The notes under the pieces: generated by a model
What the model saw: the letters and a program-made list of their open reading frames with translations, nothing else
What the model was told of the DNA's origin: nothing
Databases searched by the model: none
Origin: Nemertoderma westbladi
Lineage: Eukaryota > Animalia > Xenacoelomorpha
Length of the DNA: 64,000 bases
Direction: 5' to 3'
NCBI GenBank assembly: GCA_032718475.1
Contig: JAUCBJ010001846.1
Location: 310,001 to 374,000 of the forward strand
Part shown: positions 39,701 to 51,891 of the stretch, piece by piece
Layout: every line of letters starts with the position of its first letter
Position numbering within the stretch: the stretch's first letter is position 1
Made by a program: the position numbers and the translations under genes

Positions 39701-40806
39701 GTGTGGAGATTAAATCGGCCAGTCAATTTTCAAAGAAAGGTTTAACGAAGGATCAATTATTTCATATGTCTTTGGGTAATTTATCTCAAATTTCAACCAA
39801 TCGTAAGGCAGTTAATCAAATGATTCACCTTGTGATTGAATTACTAAAAAACAAAAAACAAAAAATAGATAAAATGAAAAGTGACTTTCAAAAGCGCTTG
39901 AAAACCTCTGATCAATTGCCTCCCGGTGTATTGAAAATGGTAAAGGTTTATATTGCCGTTAAGCGTAAAATTCAACCGGGCGATAAAATGTCAGGTCGCC
40001 ATGGTAATAAAGGGGTTGTTTCAAAAATTTGTCCTGTTGAAGATATGCCGCATTTAAAAGATGGTCAGCCTGTTGATATTGTTTTAAATCCACTGGGTGT
40101 CCCTTCAAGGATGAACGTCGGTCAAATTTTAGAAACCCATTTAGGTTGGGCCGCTAAAAAATTGGGTGAAGATATTCAAAAAATGCTTAATGAGAAAAAA
40201 AGCATCAAAGAACTTAAAACGTTTATTAGCCAAATTTATAACACCTCTAAACAACCCATTGATTGGAATGAATTTGATGATGATCAAGTGCTTGAATTGG
40301 CTAAAAATTTAAGCAATGGGGTGCCGATGGCCTCGCCTGTTTTTGATGGTGCTAAGGAGGAGGATATTAAAAAAATGATGCGTTTAGCTACATTGCCTGA
40401 AAGTGGCCAAATCAATTTATATGATGGACTAACGGGTGAGAAATTTGATCGTCCTGTAACAATTGGATACATTTATATGTTGAGATTAAATCATTTAATT
40501 GATGATAAAGTGCATGCAAGATCAACCGGCCCCTACAGCTTGGTGACTCAGCAACCCTTGGGAGGTAAAGCACAGTTGGGTGGCCAGCGTTTTGGAGAAA
40601 TGGAGGTGTGGGCACTAGAAGCGTATGGTGCAGCCCATATTCTGCAAGAGATTTTAACCGTTAAATCTGACGATAGCTATGGTCGATCCAAGGTTTATAA
40701 AAATATCATTGATGGTATTTATTTTACGCAACCTAGAATTCCTGAATCTTTCCGAGTATTGATGAAAGAGCTCAATGCATTGGGCTTAGATTTAATCTTG
40801 GAATAA
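36736..40806 (+). CDS. rpoB: RNA polymerase beta subunit
   Basis: GDKMSGRHGNKG, GQRFGEME, ETPEGPNIG. Confidence 0.99.
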   Translation: MGYSFTEKKRLRYNFRKGPFNFPISNLLELQLSPYHQLLQRDVKPDQRQNIGLQAVFNSVFPMVSSSGMAALEFVSYQINEPEYSVKSCKLRSLTYAIPINVKLRFVLYRKKSGSEKLVIQKVKEQEVFFGSIPMMTDDGVFIINGTERVVVSQLHRAPGVIFTHDKGRTHSSGKLLFSARVIPYRGSWLDFEFDHHDVLYARIDRRRKILATIFLKAMGMDAEEILSTFYPVCSVSIDGEQVTLDSLLVDVFNSELLSDVIIEGKQFAKKGDCINDLSPLKDKKNIQLSINHLVNQVLCVAVVHPKTGEILLPANHVLKLEDIVELKKNKVKEIQLINVDRNKHGSYISETLRGESIQSESEARLEIYKVIRPGEPSSKQTANSLFENFFFNNIRYDLSPVGRMKINHRFGSSEQKGPLFLETDDITQVLKILINIRDGLDEVDDVDALTNRRIRSINEMVENQCRIALARLEKTIKDRLSIAAEIETLTPKDLFHARPLSSAMRDFFGLSQLSQFMDQVNILSRLTHKRRISALGPGGLTRERAGFEVRDVHPSHYGRLCPIETPEGPNIGLINTIAIYAKVNQFGFLETPYYKVQDGRILTDKAYYLSAINEGNLVIAQADVEIDKTGLILNDSVLCRYKNEFIVFKPKQVDYIDVSSRQIASVAASLIPFLPNDDANRALMGSNMQRQAVPTLIPEAPLVGTGMESTVIAHSCSAITAKNSGTVVDVDGLSIVILQDEVVEKIDFLKGDDQTFLDVYELAKYERSNQSTCVNQTPLVKVGDRVRKGDVIADGSSLDNGELALGKNLLVAFMSWHGYNFEDSILISERLYKEDVLTSIHIEEITGCTRDTRLGHEEITADVPGVSEASLSTLDATGVVYVGAHVKKRDILIGKVSPKGDDFVSPEEKLLYAIFGEKASNVKDTSVYATYSGCVTDVQIFSHTKLKEDTASDRNKELYGVNKTLTSEFFFYKKELINRLYQSLMKDGVEIKSASQFSKKGLTKDQLFHMSLGNLSQISTNRKAVNQMIHLVIELLKNKKQKIDKMKSDFQKRLKTSDQLPPGVLKMVKVYIAVKRKIQPGDKMSGRHGNKGVVSKICPVEDMPHLKDGQPVDIVLNPLGVPSRMNVGQILETHLGWAAKKLGEDIQKMLNEKKSIKELKTFISQIYNTSKQPIDWNEFDDDQVLELAKNLSNGVPMASPVFDGAKEEDIKKMMRLATLPESGQINLYDGLTGEKFDRPVTIGYIYMLRLNHLIDDKVHARSTGPYSLVTQQPLGGKAQLGGQRFGEMEVWALEAYGAAHILQEILTVKSDDSYGRSKVYKNIIDGIYFTQPRIPESFRVLMKELNALGLDLILE

Positions 40807-40827
40807 ATAATCCTTACTGGAGGCACA

Positions 40828-43800
40828 GTGAAAGACATATTTAATTTTGTTAAACAAAAAGATGATTTTTCTTTTAAGAAAATCAGTATTAGTTTAATCT
40901 CGCCTGAAAAGATTCGCTCTTATTCTCACGGTGAAGTTAAAAAACCTGAAACAATTAATTATCGAACCCTCAAGCCTGAGCGCGATGGGTTATTTTGTGC
41001 AAAAATATTTGGCCCAATTAAGGATTGGGAGTGTTTATGTGGTAAATATAAGCGCTTAAAAAATAGAGGGATTATTTGTGAAAAATGTGGTGTTGAGGTC
41101 ACCTTATCGAAGGTCAGAAGAGAGCGGTTAGCTCATATAGAGTTAGTTGCGCCCGTTGCCCACATTTGGTTTCTTAAATTATTGCCATCTCGAATTGGTT
41201 TAGCACTAGATATTTCTTTAAAAGATTTAGAAGCCGTTATTTATTTTGAAGCATATCTGGTGACTGACCCAGGTTTAACAACGCTAGAGAAAGGTCAAAT
41301 ATTAGATCAAAAGACTTATCTTGAGTCATTGGACGAATATGGTGATGACTTTACTGCTAAGATGGGTGCTGAGGCGGTTGAAGAATTATTAAAGGGGCTT
41401 AGTTTACAAAAGGAGATTCATGCTATTGATGAGGAAATCTCTCAAACCAATGCTGAAATTCGCCTAAAAAAACTCTTTAAACGAAAGAATCTATTACAAT
41501 CGTTTTTGAAAAATAACTCACGCCCTGAATGGATGGTGTTGCGTGCATTACCGGTTTTGCCACCTGATCTTAGACCACTTGTACCTTTAGATGCAGGTCG
41601 TTTTGCAACAGCTGATTTGAATGATTTATATCGGGGGGTTCTAAATAGGAATAATCGTTTAGCTCGTTTGCTCAAAGAAGTTTGTCCACCTGAGATTATT
41701 ATTCACAACGAAAAACGTATGTTACAAGAAGCCGTCAATTCTTTAATTGATAATTCACGTAGTACGCGACCTGTTTTAGGCTCTAATAAGTTACAGTTGC
41801 GCTCATTGGCTGATATGTTAAAAGGTAAACAAGGTCGTTTTCGGCAAAACTTATTGGGTAAACGCGTCGATTATTCTGGGCGTTCTGTCATTATTGTGGG
41901 TCCAAAGTTAAAGCTGCATCAATGTGGACTTCCTAAGCAAATGGCACTGGAATTATTTAAGCCATTTGTCTTAAGTAAATTAAATAAAGATGAAGATATT
42001 GCAACCATTAAGGTCGCTAAAACAATGATTGATGATCAGGTGTCTGCGGTTTGGCCAGTCTTAGAAGTAGCTATCAAAGATTTATTAGTGCTTTTGAATC
42101 GTGCCCCTACTTTGCATCGGTTGGGTATTCAAGCATTTGAGCCTGTTTTAGTTGAGGGTAATGCAATTTGTTTACATCCATTGGTTTGTTCAGCCTTTAA
42201 CGCTGATTTTGATGGTGATCAAATGGCCGTACATGTGCCATTGTCGGTTCAAGCTCAGCTAGAGGCACGTGTTTTAATGTTGTCATCTAATAATATTTTA
42301 TCACCTGCTAGTGGTGAACCGGTTGTGATTCCAACGCAAGATATGGTATTGGGCCTTTATTATTTAACGAAAGAACGTCCAAATGCCCGTGGCGAGGGGG
42401 CTATGTTTTATTCCTCACAGGAAGCGAAGTTGGCTTATGAAGATGGACGAGTTGAGCTAGGAGCAAAAATTAAGGCTCGCATTGATGCAGTTTATGTTGG
42501 TGAGGGAGAAAGTCAGGTTGTTGAGACAACTTTGGGTCGTTTATTGTTAATTGATATTTTGCCTGAAGGTATTTTATTTGAATCAATCAATCAGGGGATG
42601 ACTAAAAAAACCATTTCCCAGTTAATTAATCAGGTGTATCGAAAATTAGGGGTTAAACAGACCGTTATCCTGGTTGATAAGCTCATGTATACTGGTTTTT
42701 ACTATTCTTCTCGGTCTGGTATTTCTTTATGTATTGACGACATGATTGTTCCGAAAGAAAAGGAAAGGATTATTCAAAAAGCTGAAGATGAGGTTAGCAC
42801 TGTTTACAGTCATTACAAGCAAGGTATGTTAACAGATCGTGAACGTTACAATCGTGTTATTGATATTTGGTCTCATGCCAATGATGAAGTAACAGCCAAA
42901 ATGATGGATGCCATTGCTTTTGATCAATTCAAGGGTAAAGATGGTAAGTTGATTCAATCGTCTTCTTTTAACTCGGTTTATATGATGATGGATTCTGGTG
43001 CAAGGGGTTCTCCAACACAAATGCGTCAATTATCAGGCATGCGCGGGCTTATGGCTAAGCCAGATGGTTCTATCATTGAAACACCTATCAAGGCAAATTT
43101 TAGAGAAGGCTTAAATGTTTTGCAGTATTTTATTTCGACCCATGGTGCTCGTAAAGGGTTGGCTGATACGGCCTTAAAAACAGCCAACTCAGGCTACTTG
43201 ACGCGTCGTTTAATTGATGTCGCGCAAGATTTAATTATTTCACAAGATGATTGTGGAACAACAAAGGGCCTACGATTTAGAAACATTATTGATGGCAGTG
43301 ATATTATTGAGACATTGGCTGATCAAGTATTGGGTCGTGTTGCCGCTGGAGATATTGTAGATTCAGTTAGTAATCAGATCATTGTTCCTGCAGGAGAACT
43401 CATTACAGAAGCCCATACTGCAAAATTTGACAAGCATGGTATTGATGAAATCATGGTGCGTTCTGTGATTACTTGTGAGTTAGATTATGGTTTGTGCGCT
43501 AAATGTTATGGTCGAGACCTAACAAGAGGCCGATTAGTCCACAAAGGTGAAGCGGTGGGCATTATTGCGGCTCAATCCATTGGTGAGCCGGGTACACAGC
43601 TAACCATGCGTACGTTTCATATTGGGGGTGCCGCGTCTCAATTAATTAGCTCAAACCAGATTGTGACCAATGTGGGTGGTAAAGCACAGTTTAAAAACGT
43701 GCGACTGATAAAAAACAGAAATAGTGAGGACATTGTTGTTTCTCGTTCTGGTTTAATGAATATTATTGATGATGTAGGTTGTGAGCGTGAAAGTTATCGC

Positions 43801-44910
43801 ATACCTTATGGTGCTACAACCTATGTTAAAGATGGACAAGCTATTGACTCAGGTCAGTTAATTGCCAACTGGGCATTGCATACACAGCCGATTATTTCTG
43901 AGGTTGAAGGTTATATAAAGTTTATTGATATTATAGAGGGTATCAGTGTTGATATTCGATCTGATGAAATGACAAACATTGAAATGGTTGAAATTAAGTC
44001 AATGAGTAATCGCCCTGCAGCAGGCCTTCCGCTTCGTCCACGCATTCAGTTGGTTGATCAAAAAGGTGAACCCATTCATTTTTCTGAAAATAAAACACCC
44101 GTTATTTATTTTTTACAAGAAAAAAGCATCATTAGATTGCGTGCAAACGATTTCATTCAAAAAGGCGATGTGGTCGCTAGCTTACCTAAATCATCATCTG
44201 TTAGTCGTGATATCACCGGTGGTTTGCCTCGTGTTGCTGATCTTTTTGAAGCCAGGAAACCAAAAGACCCTGCCATCCTTTCCCCCATGACAGGCAATAT
44301 GCATGTTGGTAAGGAAACTAGAAGCAAGTATCGGGTTGTTATTAAAAGTGCGAAGGGAGAAGAACAAGATATTATGATTCCCAAGTATTATCATTTAAGT
44401 ATTCTTGAAGGTGAGTTTGTTCAAAAAGGCGATATCATATCTGATGGTGAAATAGATCCACATGACCTGCTAGAAACACGGGGAATCGAAGAAACAGTCA
44501 AACACATTGTCAGTGAAGTTCAAAGTGTTTATCGTTTACAAGGTGTAAAAATTAACAATAAACATATTGAAGTGATTCTAAGTCGGATGTTAAGTAATGT
44601 TGAAATAATAGATTCAGGCGACACAGACTATACCAATGGTGAGCTTTTGAAGTTAATTATTGTTAAAAAGACTAATGAACAGCTGTTAAAGGACGGTAAA
44701 GCACCTATTAAATATAAGCATATTTTAATGAGTATCACGCAAGCCGCTCTTAAGAATGATTCTTTTATATCAGCAGCATCATTTCAGGATACAACCCGGG
44801 TGTTAACCGAATCATCTATTGTAGGTCGTTCGGATAATCTAAGGGGACTAAAAGAAAATGTCATCGTTGGTGGTCTAATACCTGCAGGAACAGGTTTTCG
44901 TGAATTATAA
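40828..44910 (+). CDS. rpoC: RNA polymerase beta' subunit
   Basis: NADFDGDQ, zinc ribbon, [13 protein letters not shown]. Confidence 0.99.
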   Translation: MKDIFNFVKQKDDFSFKKISISLISPEKIRSYSHGEVKKPETINYRTLKPERDGLFCAKIFGPIKDWECLCGKYKRLKNRGIICEKCGVEVTLSKVRRERLAHIELVAPVAHIWFLKLLPSRIGLALDISLKDLEAVIYFEAYLVTDPGLTTLEKGQILDQKTYLESLDEYGDDFTAKMGAEAVEELLKGLSLQKEIHAIDEEISQTNAEIRLKKLFKRKNLLQSFLKNNSRPEWMVLRALPVLPPDLRPLVPLDAGRFATADLNDLYRGVLNRNNRLARLLKEVCPPEIIIHNEKRMLQEAVNSLIDNSRSTRPVLGSNKLQLRSLADMLKGKQGRFRQNLLGKRVDYSGRSVIIVGPKLKLHQCGLPKQMALELFKPFVLSKLNKDEDIATIKVAKTMIDDQVSAVWPVLEVAIKDLLVLLNRAPTLHRLGIQAFEPVLVEGNAICLHPLVCSAFNADFDGDQMAVHVPLSVQAQLEARVLMLSSNNILSPASGEPVVIPTQDMVLGLYYLTKERPNARGEGAMFYSSQEAKLAYEDGRVELGAKIKARIDAVYVGEGESQVVETTLGRLLLIDILPEGILFESINQGMTKKTISQLINQVYRKLGVKQTVILVDKLMYTGFYYSSRSGISLCIDDMIVPKEKERIIQKAEDEVSTVYSHYKQGMLTDRERYNRVIDIWSHANDEVTAKMMDAIAFDQFKGKDGKLIQSSSFNSVYMMMDSGARGSPTQMRQLSGMRGLMAKPDGSIIETPIKANFREGLNVLQYFISTHGARKGLADTALKTANSGYLTRRLIDVAQDLIISQDDCGTTKGLRFRNIIDGSDIIETLADQVLGRVAAGDIVDSVSNQIIVPAGELITEAHTAKFDKHGIDEIMVRSVITCELDYGLCAKCYGRDLTRGRLVHKGEAVGIIAAQSIGEPGTQLTMRTFHIGGAASQLISSNQIVTNVGGKAQFKNVRLIKNRNSEDIVVSRSGLMNIIDDVGCERESYRIPYGATTYVKDGQAIDSGQLIANWALHTQPIISEVEGYIKFIDIIEGISVDIRSDEMTNIEMVEIKSMSNRPAAGLPLRPRIQLVDQKGEPIHFSENKTPVIYFLQEKSIIRLRANDFIQKGDVVASLPKSSSVSRDITGGLPRVADLFEARKPKDPAILSPMTGNMHVGKETRSKYRVVIKSAKGEEQDIMIPKYYHLSILEGEFVQKGDIISDGEIDPHDLLETRGIEETVKHIVSEVQSVYRLQGVKINNKHIEVILSRMLSNVEIIDSGDTDYTNGELLKLIIVKKTNEQLLKDGKAPIKYKHILMSITQAALKNDSFISAASFQDTTRVLTESSIVGRSDNLRGLKENVIVGGLIPAGTGFREL

Positions 44911-44913
44911 AAC

Positions 44914-44942
44914 TTGACATGAATACATTTTTTATTTATAGT
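44914..44942 (+). promoter_or_regulatory. str operon sigma70 promoter
   Basis: TTGACA-17-TATAGT. Confidence 0.8.
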
Positions 44943-44982
44943 CTCACTTTTCAAAACTTTGGAAGATTCCATAATCATTAGG

Positions 44983-45357
44983 ATGGCAAGAGTTTCTCAA
45001 TTAGTAAAAAAGCCTAGAAAACCAAAGGTTCGTAAGGTTAATATTCCTGCCTTAGGCGGTTGTCCTCAAAAACGTGGTGTTTGTCAAAGGGTATATACAA
45101 CAGCCCCTAAAAAGCCCAACTCTGCTTTTAGAAAAGTCGCTCGGGTTCGGTTGACTAATGGTTATGAAATTACCTCATATATTGGCGGCGAAGGTCACAC
45201 ACTGCAAGAACATTCAGTTGTCATTATTCGTGGCGGTCGAGCTAAGGACCTTTCAGGTGTCAGAACTCATGTTGTTCGGGGTCAGTTAGATACAGGTAGC
45301 GTGAAGGATCGAAAACAAGGTCGTTCAAAGTATGGTACTAAAAGGTCAAAATCTTAA
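44983..45357 (+). CDS. rpsL: 30S ribosomal protein S12
   Basis: PKKPNSA, GGEGH; ATG 44983. Confidence 0.98.
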   Translation: MARVSQLVKKPRKPKVRKVNIPALGGCPQKRGVCQRVYTTAPKKPNSAFRKVARVRLTNGYEITSYIGGEGHTLQEHSVVIIRGGRAKDLSGVRTHVVRGQLDTGSVKDRKQGRSKYGTKRSKS

Positions 45358-45378
45358 ACTTCAAGGGTTTGTTAAATT

Positions 45379-45849
45379 ATGTCAAGAAGAAAAGGAGTCA
45401 TTAAGCGAGAAATTTTACCTGACTATAAATATAAAAGTGAGAAAGTCTCAAAATTTATTAATGTCATTATGCAAAATGGTAAAAAGTCAGTTGCTGAAAA
45501 AATTGTTTATGATGCCTTAGAATTAATTAAAAAAGAGACTAAACAAGACCCATTGAAAGTTTTTTATGATGCCTTAGAGAATGTGACCCCTGCTGTTGAA
45601 GTGCGTTCTCGTCGAGTGGGTGGTTCCAACTATCAAGTACCTGCTGAGGTCAATCAGTATCGAGGCTTGCTACTTTCAATGCGCTGGGTGAAAGCATCTG
45701 CAAAGAAAAGAAAGGAAAAAAGTATGACCCAAGGGCTTTATAAAGAGTTGATGGATGCAAAAGATAAAAAAGGTGAGGCTGTTAAGAAACGAGATGAGGC
45801 TCATCGAGTGGCCGAATCTAACCGAGCATTTTCACACTATCGTTGGTAA
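45379..45849 (+). CDS. rpsG: 30S ribosomal protein S7
   Basis: SRRVGGSNYQVP. Confidence 0.98.
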   Translation: MSRRKGVIKREILPDYKYKSEKVSKFINVIMQNGKKSVAEKIVYDALELIKKETKQDPLKVFYDALENVTPAVEVRSRRVGGSNYQVPAEVNQYRGLLLSMRWVKASAKKRKEKSMTQGLYKELMDAKDKKGEAVKKRDEAHRVAESNRAFSHYRW

Positions 45850-45867
45850 ATTGATTAAATCCTCATC

Positions 45868-47961
45868 ATGTCTACGAAAAAAACAGATAAATCAAAATAT
45901 AGAAATATTGGCATTATGGCGCATATTGATGCCGGCAAAACCACGACCACTGAGCGTGTTTTGCTCTACACTGGCAAAAACTACAAAATTGGTGAAGTTC
46001 ATGACGGTGCTGCCACAATGGATTGGATGGAACAAGAGCAAGAGCGTGGCATTACCATTACCTCCGCTGCCACCACCTGTTTTTGGTCAGGCATGCGCAA
46101 AAATTATCCTGCTCATCAAATCAATATTATTGATACCCCTGGTCATGTTGACTTTACCATTGAGGTCGAGCGTTCACTTCGCGTACTAGATGGTGCAGTA
46201 GCTGTTTTTTGTGCAGTTGGTGGTGTTGAGCCCCAATCAGAAACCGTTTGGCGTCAAGCTAATAAGTACAATGTACCTCGCATTGTCTTTGTTAACAAAA
46301 TGGATCGATCAGACGCCAATTTTTATAAAGTGCTTGATCAAATTAAAAACAGACTTAAAACAAACCCTGTGGCTATACAGATGCCCATTGGGTCAGAAGA
46401 TAATTTTAAAGGCATTATTGATCTAGTGCTCATGAAAGCCATTTATTGGGATGAAAAAACATTAGGTGCCACCTTTGAAGAAAAATCAATCCCTGATGAT
46501 TTAGTTGAGAAAGCCCGCGAGTATCGGGAAAAACTACTTGAATCTGCCGCCGAAAGTGATGAGCAGATCATGGAAAAATACCTATCTGAAGGCGACTTAT
46601 CTGAAGGTGATCTTAAGCTTGCTATTCGCGCTCAGACATTATCAGGTACTCTTATACCCATTTTTTGCGGTAGTGCTTTTAAAAACAAAGGGGTTCAGGC
46701 AATGCTTGATGGTGTAATTGATTATCTCCCCTCACCAAAAGACTTGGGGGATATAACAGGTTCCTATGATGATCAGGAAATAACACTTAAAAAATCTGAT
46801 GATGAAAAATTCTCAGCTCTTGCCTTTAAAATTGCAACCGACCCTTACGTTGGTACATTAACATTCTTCCGTGTTTATTCAGGTAAAATTCAATCAGGGG
46901 AGAGCGTATTTAACTCAAGCAAAGACCAAAAAGAAAGAATTGGTCGAATACTCCAAATGCACGCTAATCAGCGAGAAGAAATTAAAGAAGTTAGCGCCGG
47001 TGATATTGCCGCTGCTGTTGGACTAAAAAACGTAACAACTGGTGATACATTGTGCGATATAAAGAATAAAATATTGCTTGAAAATATTGATTTTCCAGAA
47101 CCTGTTATCTCAATTGCAGTTGAACCAAAAACCAAAGCCGATCAAGAGAAAATGGGTAATGCACTTTCCAAACTAGCGCAGGAGGATCCATCATTTCGCG
47201 TTTCAATTAATCACGAGACTGGTCAAACCATTATTGCAGGTATGGGTGAATTACATCTTGATATTATCATTGATCGTATGAAGCGTGAATTTAGTGTCGA
47301 GGCAAGTATTGGTGCACCTCAAGTTGCTTACAGAGAGACCGTCAGAAAACCTGTCAAACAAGAAGCCAAATTTATCAAACAATCAGGTGGCCGCGGCCAA
47401 TATGGCCATGTTTGGTTAAAAATTGAGCCCCTTGAAAAAGGGTCTGGGTTTGAATTCATTAATGCCATTGTTGGCGGTGTTATACCAAAAGAATATATAC
47501 CGTCTGTTCAAAAAGGTGTTGAGGAACAGATGAATAATGGTATACTAGCTGGCTACCCGGTTGTTGATTGTAAAGTCACATTGTATGATGGTTCTTTTCA
47601 CGAAGTTGATTCTAGTGAAATTGCATTTAAGGTAGCTGGTTCAAATTGTTTTAAACAAGGTGCCCTAAAGGCGAATCCTGTATTGTTAGAGCCCATTATG
47701 AAAGTTGAAGTGATAACACCTGAAGAATACATGGGGGATGTTGTTGGTGATTTAAACCGAAGAAGAGGAATTATGCAAGGTATGGAGGACATTATCTTAG
47801 GCAAGCAAATAAACTCTGAGGTCCCTTTATCTGAGATGTTCGGTTATGCAACTAGTCTTCGTTCCTTAAGTCAAGGTCGAGCTAACTATTCAATGGAGTT
47901 TCTTAAATATTCAGAAACCCTGAGCAATATTACCGAAAAAATTATAGAAAAAAGTAATTAA
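45868..47961 (+). CDS. fusA: elongation factor G
   Basis: [21 protein letters not shown]. Confidence 0.99.
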   Translation: MSTKKTDKSKYRNIGIMAHIDAGKTTTTERVLLYTGKNYKIGEVHDGAATMDWMEQEQERGITITSAATTCFWSGMRKNYPAHQINIIDTPGHVDFTIEVERSLRVLDGAVAVFCAVGGVEPQSETVWRQANKYNVPRIVFVNKMDRSDANFYKVLDQIKNRLKTNPVAIQMPIGSEDNFKGIIDLVLMKAIYWDEKTLGATFEEKSIPDDLVEKAREYREKLLESAAESDEQIMEKYLSEGDLSEGDLKLAIRAQTLSGTLIPIFCGSAFKNKGVQAMLDGVIDYLPSPKDLGDITGSYDDQEITLKKSDDEKFSALAFKIATDPYVGTLTFFRVYSGKIQSGESVFNSSKDQKERIGRILQMHANQREEIKEVSAGDIAAAVGLKNVTTGDTLCDIKNKILLENIDFPEPVISIAVEPKTKADQEKMGNALSKLAQEDPSFRVSINHETGQTIIAGMGELHLDIIIDRMKREFSVEASIGAPQVAYRETVRKPVKQEAKFIKQSGGRGQYGHVWLKIEPLEKGSGFEFINAIVGGVIPKEYIPSVQKGVEEQMNNGILAGYPVVDCKVTLYDGSFHEVDSSEIAFKVAGSNCFKQGALKANPVLLEPIMKVEVITPEEYMGDVVGDLNRRRGIMQGMEDIILGKQINSEVPLSEMFGYATSLRSLSQGRANYSMEFLKYSETLSNITEKIIEKSN

Positions 47962-47980
47962 AATTTATTGAGGAAAAACC

Positions 47981-49171
47981 ATGTCAGAAACATTCATCCG
48001 AAACAAACCCCACATCAACGTCGGCACCATCGGACACGTTGACCACGGCAAAACCACACTATCCGCGGCCATCAGCAAACACTACGGTGTCGGTGACAAA
48101 AAAGCCTTTGACCAAATCGACAATGCCCCCGAAGAAAAAGCCCGTGGTATAACCATTGCCACCTCACATATCGAATACGAATCAGACAACCGACACTACG
48201 CCCACGTCGACTGCCCAGGGCATGCCGACTACGTCAAAAACATGATCACAGGGGCTGCACAAATGGACGGTGCCATCCTCGTTGTCAGTGCCACCGACGG
48301 CGCTATGCCCCAAACCAGAGAACACATCCTCCTTGCCCGTGAAGTTGGCGTCAAACACATTGTTGCATTTATAAACAAAATAGACATGGTAGACGATGAA
48401 GAAATGATCGAACTCGTTGAAATGGAAATACGTGAACAACTCACAAACTACGGATTCTCCGGTGACGACATTACCCTAGTCAAAGGCTCAGCCCTCAAAG
48501 CCCTAGAAGGTGATGAGACAGAAATAGGCAAAGGCGCTATTGATCAACTGATACAAGCCCTAGATAATGACATCCCCAAACCCAAAAGAGAAATTGACAA
48601 ACCCTTCTACCTGCACATTGAAGACGTATTCTCTATTCCAGGTCGAGGAACTGTCGTAACAGGCCGAATTGATAGAGGTATCATCAAAGTCGGTGAAGAA
48701 ATTGACATCATCGGATTCACAGAAGATCAAAAACCCGCTCATAAAACCACCTGTACAGGCGTCGAAATGTTTAAAAAACAACTTGACCAAGGCCAAGCCG
48801 GCGACAACGTCGGCATACTCCTTCGGGGCATTAAAAAAGAAGAAGTTCAGCGCGGCCAAGTCCTATGCAAACCCGGCACCATTACCCCCCATAAAAAATT
48901 CACAGCAGAAATATACGCCCTCACCAAAGAAGAAGGTGGCAGGCATACCCCCTTTTTCACCGGTTACAGGCCCCAATTCTACTTTGGAACCACCGATGTA
49001 ACAGGCTCTGCAGAACTCACAAAGGATGTCAAAATGGTGATGCCGGGTGACAATGCTTCAATCTCAGTTGAACTGGTTGCCAATGTTCCCATGGAGAACA
49101 ACCAACGCTTTGCTATTCGCGAGGGTGGTAGAACTGTGGGTGCGGGTGTTGTGAAGGAGATTGTTGATTAG
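47981..49171 (+). CDS. tuf: elongation factor Tu (tufA position)
   Basis: Protein identical to 32240-33430. Confidence 0.99.
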   Translation: MSETFIRNKPHINVGTIGHVDHGKTTLSAAISKHYGVGDKKAFDQIDNAPEEKARGITIATSHIEYESDNRHYAHVDCPGHADYVKNMITGAAQMDGAILVVSATDGAMPQTREHILLAREVGVKHIVAFINKIDMVDDEEMIELVEMEIREQLTNYGFSGDDITLVKGSALKALEGDETEIGKGAIDQLIQALDNDIPKPKREIDKPFYLHIEDVFSIPGRGTVVTGRIDRGIIKVGEEIDIIGFTEDQKPAHKTTCTGVEMFKKQLDQGQAGDNVGILLRGIKKEEVQRGQVLCKPGTITPHKKFTAEIYALTKEEGGRHTPFFTGYRPQFYFGTTDVTGSAELTKDVKMVMPGDNASISVELVANVPMENNQRFAIREGGRTVGAGVVKEIVD

Positions 49172-49182
49172 ATGGAGGTTTT

Positions 49183-49494
49183 ATGAAAACTCAAAGGATG
49201 AGAATTAAATTGCGTGCTTTTGACTATAAGTTGATTGATTTTTCTGTTAAAGAAATTGTTGGAACTGCTAGAAAAACTGGTGTCAATATAAGGGGTCCAA
49301 TTCCCTTGCCAATAAAACGGCAGCGACATACCATTTTAGTATCCCCTCATGTTAATAAAGATGCTAGAGATCAGTACGAGATCAGAACATATTCTCGTAT
49401 AATTGATATTCTTGATCCAACAGATAAAACGGTTGATGCATTGATGAAGTTAAATATTTCTAGTGGTGTTGAAGTAAAGCTTGATTTAAAATAG
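49183..49494 (+). CDS. rpsJ: 30S ribosomal protein S10
   Basis: [19 protein letters not shown]. Confidence 0.98.
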   Translation: MKTQRMRIKLRAFDYKLIDFSVKEIVGTARKTGVNIRGPIPLPIKRQRHTILVSPHVNKDARDQYEIRTYSRIIDILDPTDKTVDALMKLNISSGVEVKLDLK

Positions 49495-49499
49495 TGGTT

Positions 49500-50126
49500 A
49501 TGTTTATAGGTTTAATTGGTAAAAAAATTTCGATGACTCGCATTTTTGATTCTGAAGGTAAAAGTATACCGGTTACTGTGCTTGAGATAGGCTCGAATTA
49601 CATTAGTCAAATTAAAACTAAATTAAAAGATAATTATAGTGCTGTTCAGTTGGCTTCTGGAAATCAAAAGCAAAGTCGTTTAACAAAGTCACAGATTGGT
49701 AATTTTGTAAAATCAAAGATTCAGCCAGCTAAATATCTTAAGGAGTTTCGCGTAAATAAAGATGTTGTTGATTTGTCTATTGGGCAAGAATTAACCTTAG
49801 CTAGCTTAGGTGATGAGCGCCTTGTAGATATTTGTGCTTATAGCAAGGGTAAAGGTTTTCAAGGGGGTATTAAAAGGCATAATTTTAATGGCCAGGATAG
49901 AAGTCATGGAAATTCGCTTTCTCATCGAGCGATTGGTTCAGTCGGTCAATGTCAGGATCCTGGTCGTGTTTTTAAAGGCAAGAAAATGCCGGGTCACATG
50001 GGTGTTGCTAAGGTGTCCCGCCGAGGCGTTCAAGTTGTCCAAAAAAGTGAGAAACTATTGTTTCTTAAAGGTTCTGTTCCTGGAGCAAAGGGCTCGCTAG
50101 TTATTCTAAAACCTTCAAAAGGATAA
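49500..50126 (+). CDS. rplC: 50S ribosomal protein L3
   Basis: KGKGFQG, PGRVFKGKKMPG. Confidence 0.98.
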   Translation: MFIGLIGKKISMTRIFDSEGKSIPVTVLEIGSNYISQIKTKLKDNYSAVQLASGNQKQSRLTKSQIGNFVKSKIQPAKYLKEFRVNKDVVDLSIGQELTLASLGDERLVDICAYSKGKGFQGGIKRHNFNGQDRSHGNSLSHRAIGSVGQCQDPGRVFKGKKMPGHMGVAKVSRRGVQVVQKSEKLLFLKGSVPGAKGSLVILKPSKG

Positions 50127-50128
50127 TT

Positions 50129-50737
50129 ATGAAAGTATCAGCCTTAGATCTTGTTAAGGATACATTATTCAGTGAAGGTCTAAATAAAGATATATTCTTA
50201 ACTGATTTTAATCATCAATTGGTTCATCAAATTGTAGTTTCTTACATGTCTAATAGTCGTGTCTTTTCTAAAGGTTGGAAAAATAGAAGTAATGTTACTG
50301 GCAGCAATAAAAAACCTTGGGCTCAGAAAGGGACAGGTCGAGCTAGAGCTGGTTCAAAAAAGAGTCCATTGTGGCGTAGCGGTGGTGTGACTTTTGCTTA
50401 TACAAGTCATAATTTTTCAAAGAAAGTGAATCGAAAAATGTATCAGAAAGGAATTTCATGTATTTTATCTGAATTAGTGAGGACTGGTAATCTGCTAGTT
50501 AGTAATGATGTTGAATTTTCTTCCCATAAAACTAAAGATTTATCAACTTTATTAAGTAGCCTTAATCTTCATAATATTTTAATTATTGTTAAGCAAATCA
50601 ACAAAAACTTGTTTTTAGCTGCTAGAAATTTACCAAATGTTTGTGTATCTGAATCAATAGACCCCGTTGCATTAATGAGTTATGATCAAGTTCTTTTTGA
50701 AAAAGAAGCACTTAAAAGCCTTACTTTGAAATTATAG
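50129..50737 (+). CDS. rplD: 50S ribosomal protein L4
   Basis: KPWAQKGTGRAR. Confidence 0.97.
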   Translation: MKVSALDLVKDTLFSEGLNKDIFLTDFNHQLVHQIVVSYMSNSRVFSKGWKNRSNVTGSNKKPWAQKGTGRARAGSKKSPLWRSGGVTFAYTSHNFSKKVNRKMYQKGISCILSELVRTGNLLVSNDVEFSSHKTKDLSTLLSSLNLHNILIIVKQINKNLFLAARNLPNVCVSESIDPVALMSYDQVLFEKEALKSLTLKL

Positions 50738-50740
50738 TTT

Positions 50741-51031
50741 ATGAAAGCCAGTTTACATTATCGATTAATCAAGAAAAATATTTTTTCTGAAAAAGCATCT
50801 TTATTGGCTCAAGATAATCAGTATATTTTTGAGGTATCTGCATCTGCAGACAAGCAGCAAATTAAAAATGCGGTTGAGTATGTATTTAACGTTAAGGTTG
50901 AACGAGTGAATGTTTTAAATTGTAAGGGAGAATTTACTTTCTTAAAAAGGGTGAAGGGCAAAAAGTCTGATACTAAAAAGGCTTATATCAAATTAAAAGA
51001 AGGTTATTCAATCAATATTGGAAACGGGTAG
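50741..51031 (+). CDS. rplW: 50S ribosomal protein L23
   Basis: SEKA, KKAYIKL; synteny. Confidence 0.96.
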   Translation: MKASLHYRLIKKNIFSEKASLLAQDNQYIFEVSASADKQQIKNAVEYVFNVKVERVNVLNCKGEFTFLKRVKGKKSDTKKAYIKLKEGYSINIGNG

Positions 51032-51043
51032 TTAAAAACGGAT

Positions 51044-51889
51044 ATGCATTCACTTATTATCAAAAAGAAACCAACATCTGCTGGTGTCAGGAGCACTGTT
51101 CAGGTTAAGCACCCTTTTTTATATAAAGGTAGTCCTTACAAGGCTTTATTAGAAAATAATAATAAATCAGGTGGTAGAAATAATGACGGTCGAATCACTG
51201 TTCGGCATGTTGGTGGTGGTCATAAACAGAAGTATAGGATAATTGATTTTAAGAGAAATAAGCTAGGTGTTTATGGTGTTGTTGAGCGTTTAGAGTATGA
51301 TCCTAACCGTACGGCTTTTATTGCTTTAATTGCTTACATCGATGGTGATAAACGTTATATTATTGCGCCGAAAGGATTAGAAATTGGACAAAAAATTATA
51401 TCAGATGAAAAAGTACCAATGGATATTGGGAATTGTATGCCAATAAAAAATATACCACTTGGTTCAACCATTCATTGTATTGAAATGAAGCCAAATAAAG
51501 GCTCTCAAATTTCTAGAAGTGCCGGATGTTTTGCTCAATTAGTTGCTAAAGAACAGTCTTATGCATCTTTAAAATTATCCTCTGGTGAGATTAGAAAAAT
51601 ATTTATTAATTGTCGAGCTGTCATTGGTGAAGTTAGTAATGCTGAAAATTACTTAAAAAAACTCGGTAAAGCAGGCGCAAAGCGCTGGAGAAATATTCGA
51701 CCCACTGTTCGAGGTGTAGCGATGAACCCAGTTGATCATCCGCATGGTGGTGGTGAAGGAAAAACTAGTGGGGGTCGACATCCTGTCAGTCCAACGGGCG
51801 TATTGGCAAAGGGTTTTAAGACGCGCAAGAAAAATAAAGCCTCTAATAAATTTATTGTTCGTCAAAGAAATTATAGTAGGAGAAAATAA
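51044..51889 (+). CDS. rplB: 50S ribosomal protein L2
   Basis: [19 protein letters not shown]. Confidence 0.99.
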   Translation: MHSLIIKKKPTSAGVRSTVQVKHPFLYKGSPYKALLENNNKSGGRNNDGRITVRHVGGGHKQKYRIIDFKRNKLGVYGVVERLEYDPNRTAFIALIAYIDGDKRYIIAPKGLEIGQKIISDEKVPMDIGNCMPIKNIPLGSTIHCIEMKPNKGSQISRSAGCFAQLVAKEQSYASLKLSSGEIRKIFINCRAVIGEVSNAENYLKKLGKAGAKRWRNIRPTVRGVAMNPVDHPHGGGEGKTSGGRHPVSPTGVLAKGFKTRKKNKASNKFIVRQRNYSRRK

Positions 51890-51891
51890 AT

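Noticed and set aside
36736-44910. Inteins or an rpoB-rpoC fusion
   Set aside because: Lengths are normal, the genes are separated by a stop codon and SD, and no intein motifs are present.
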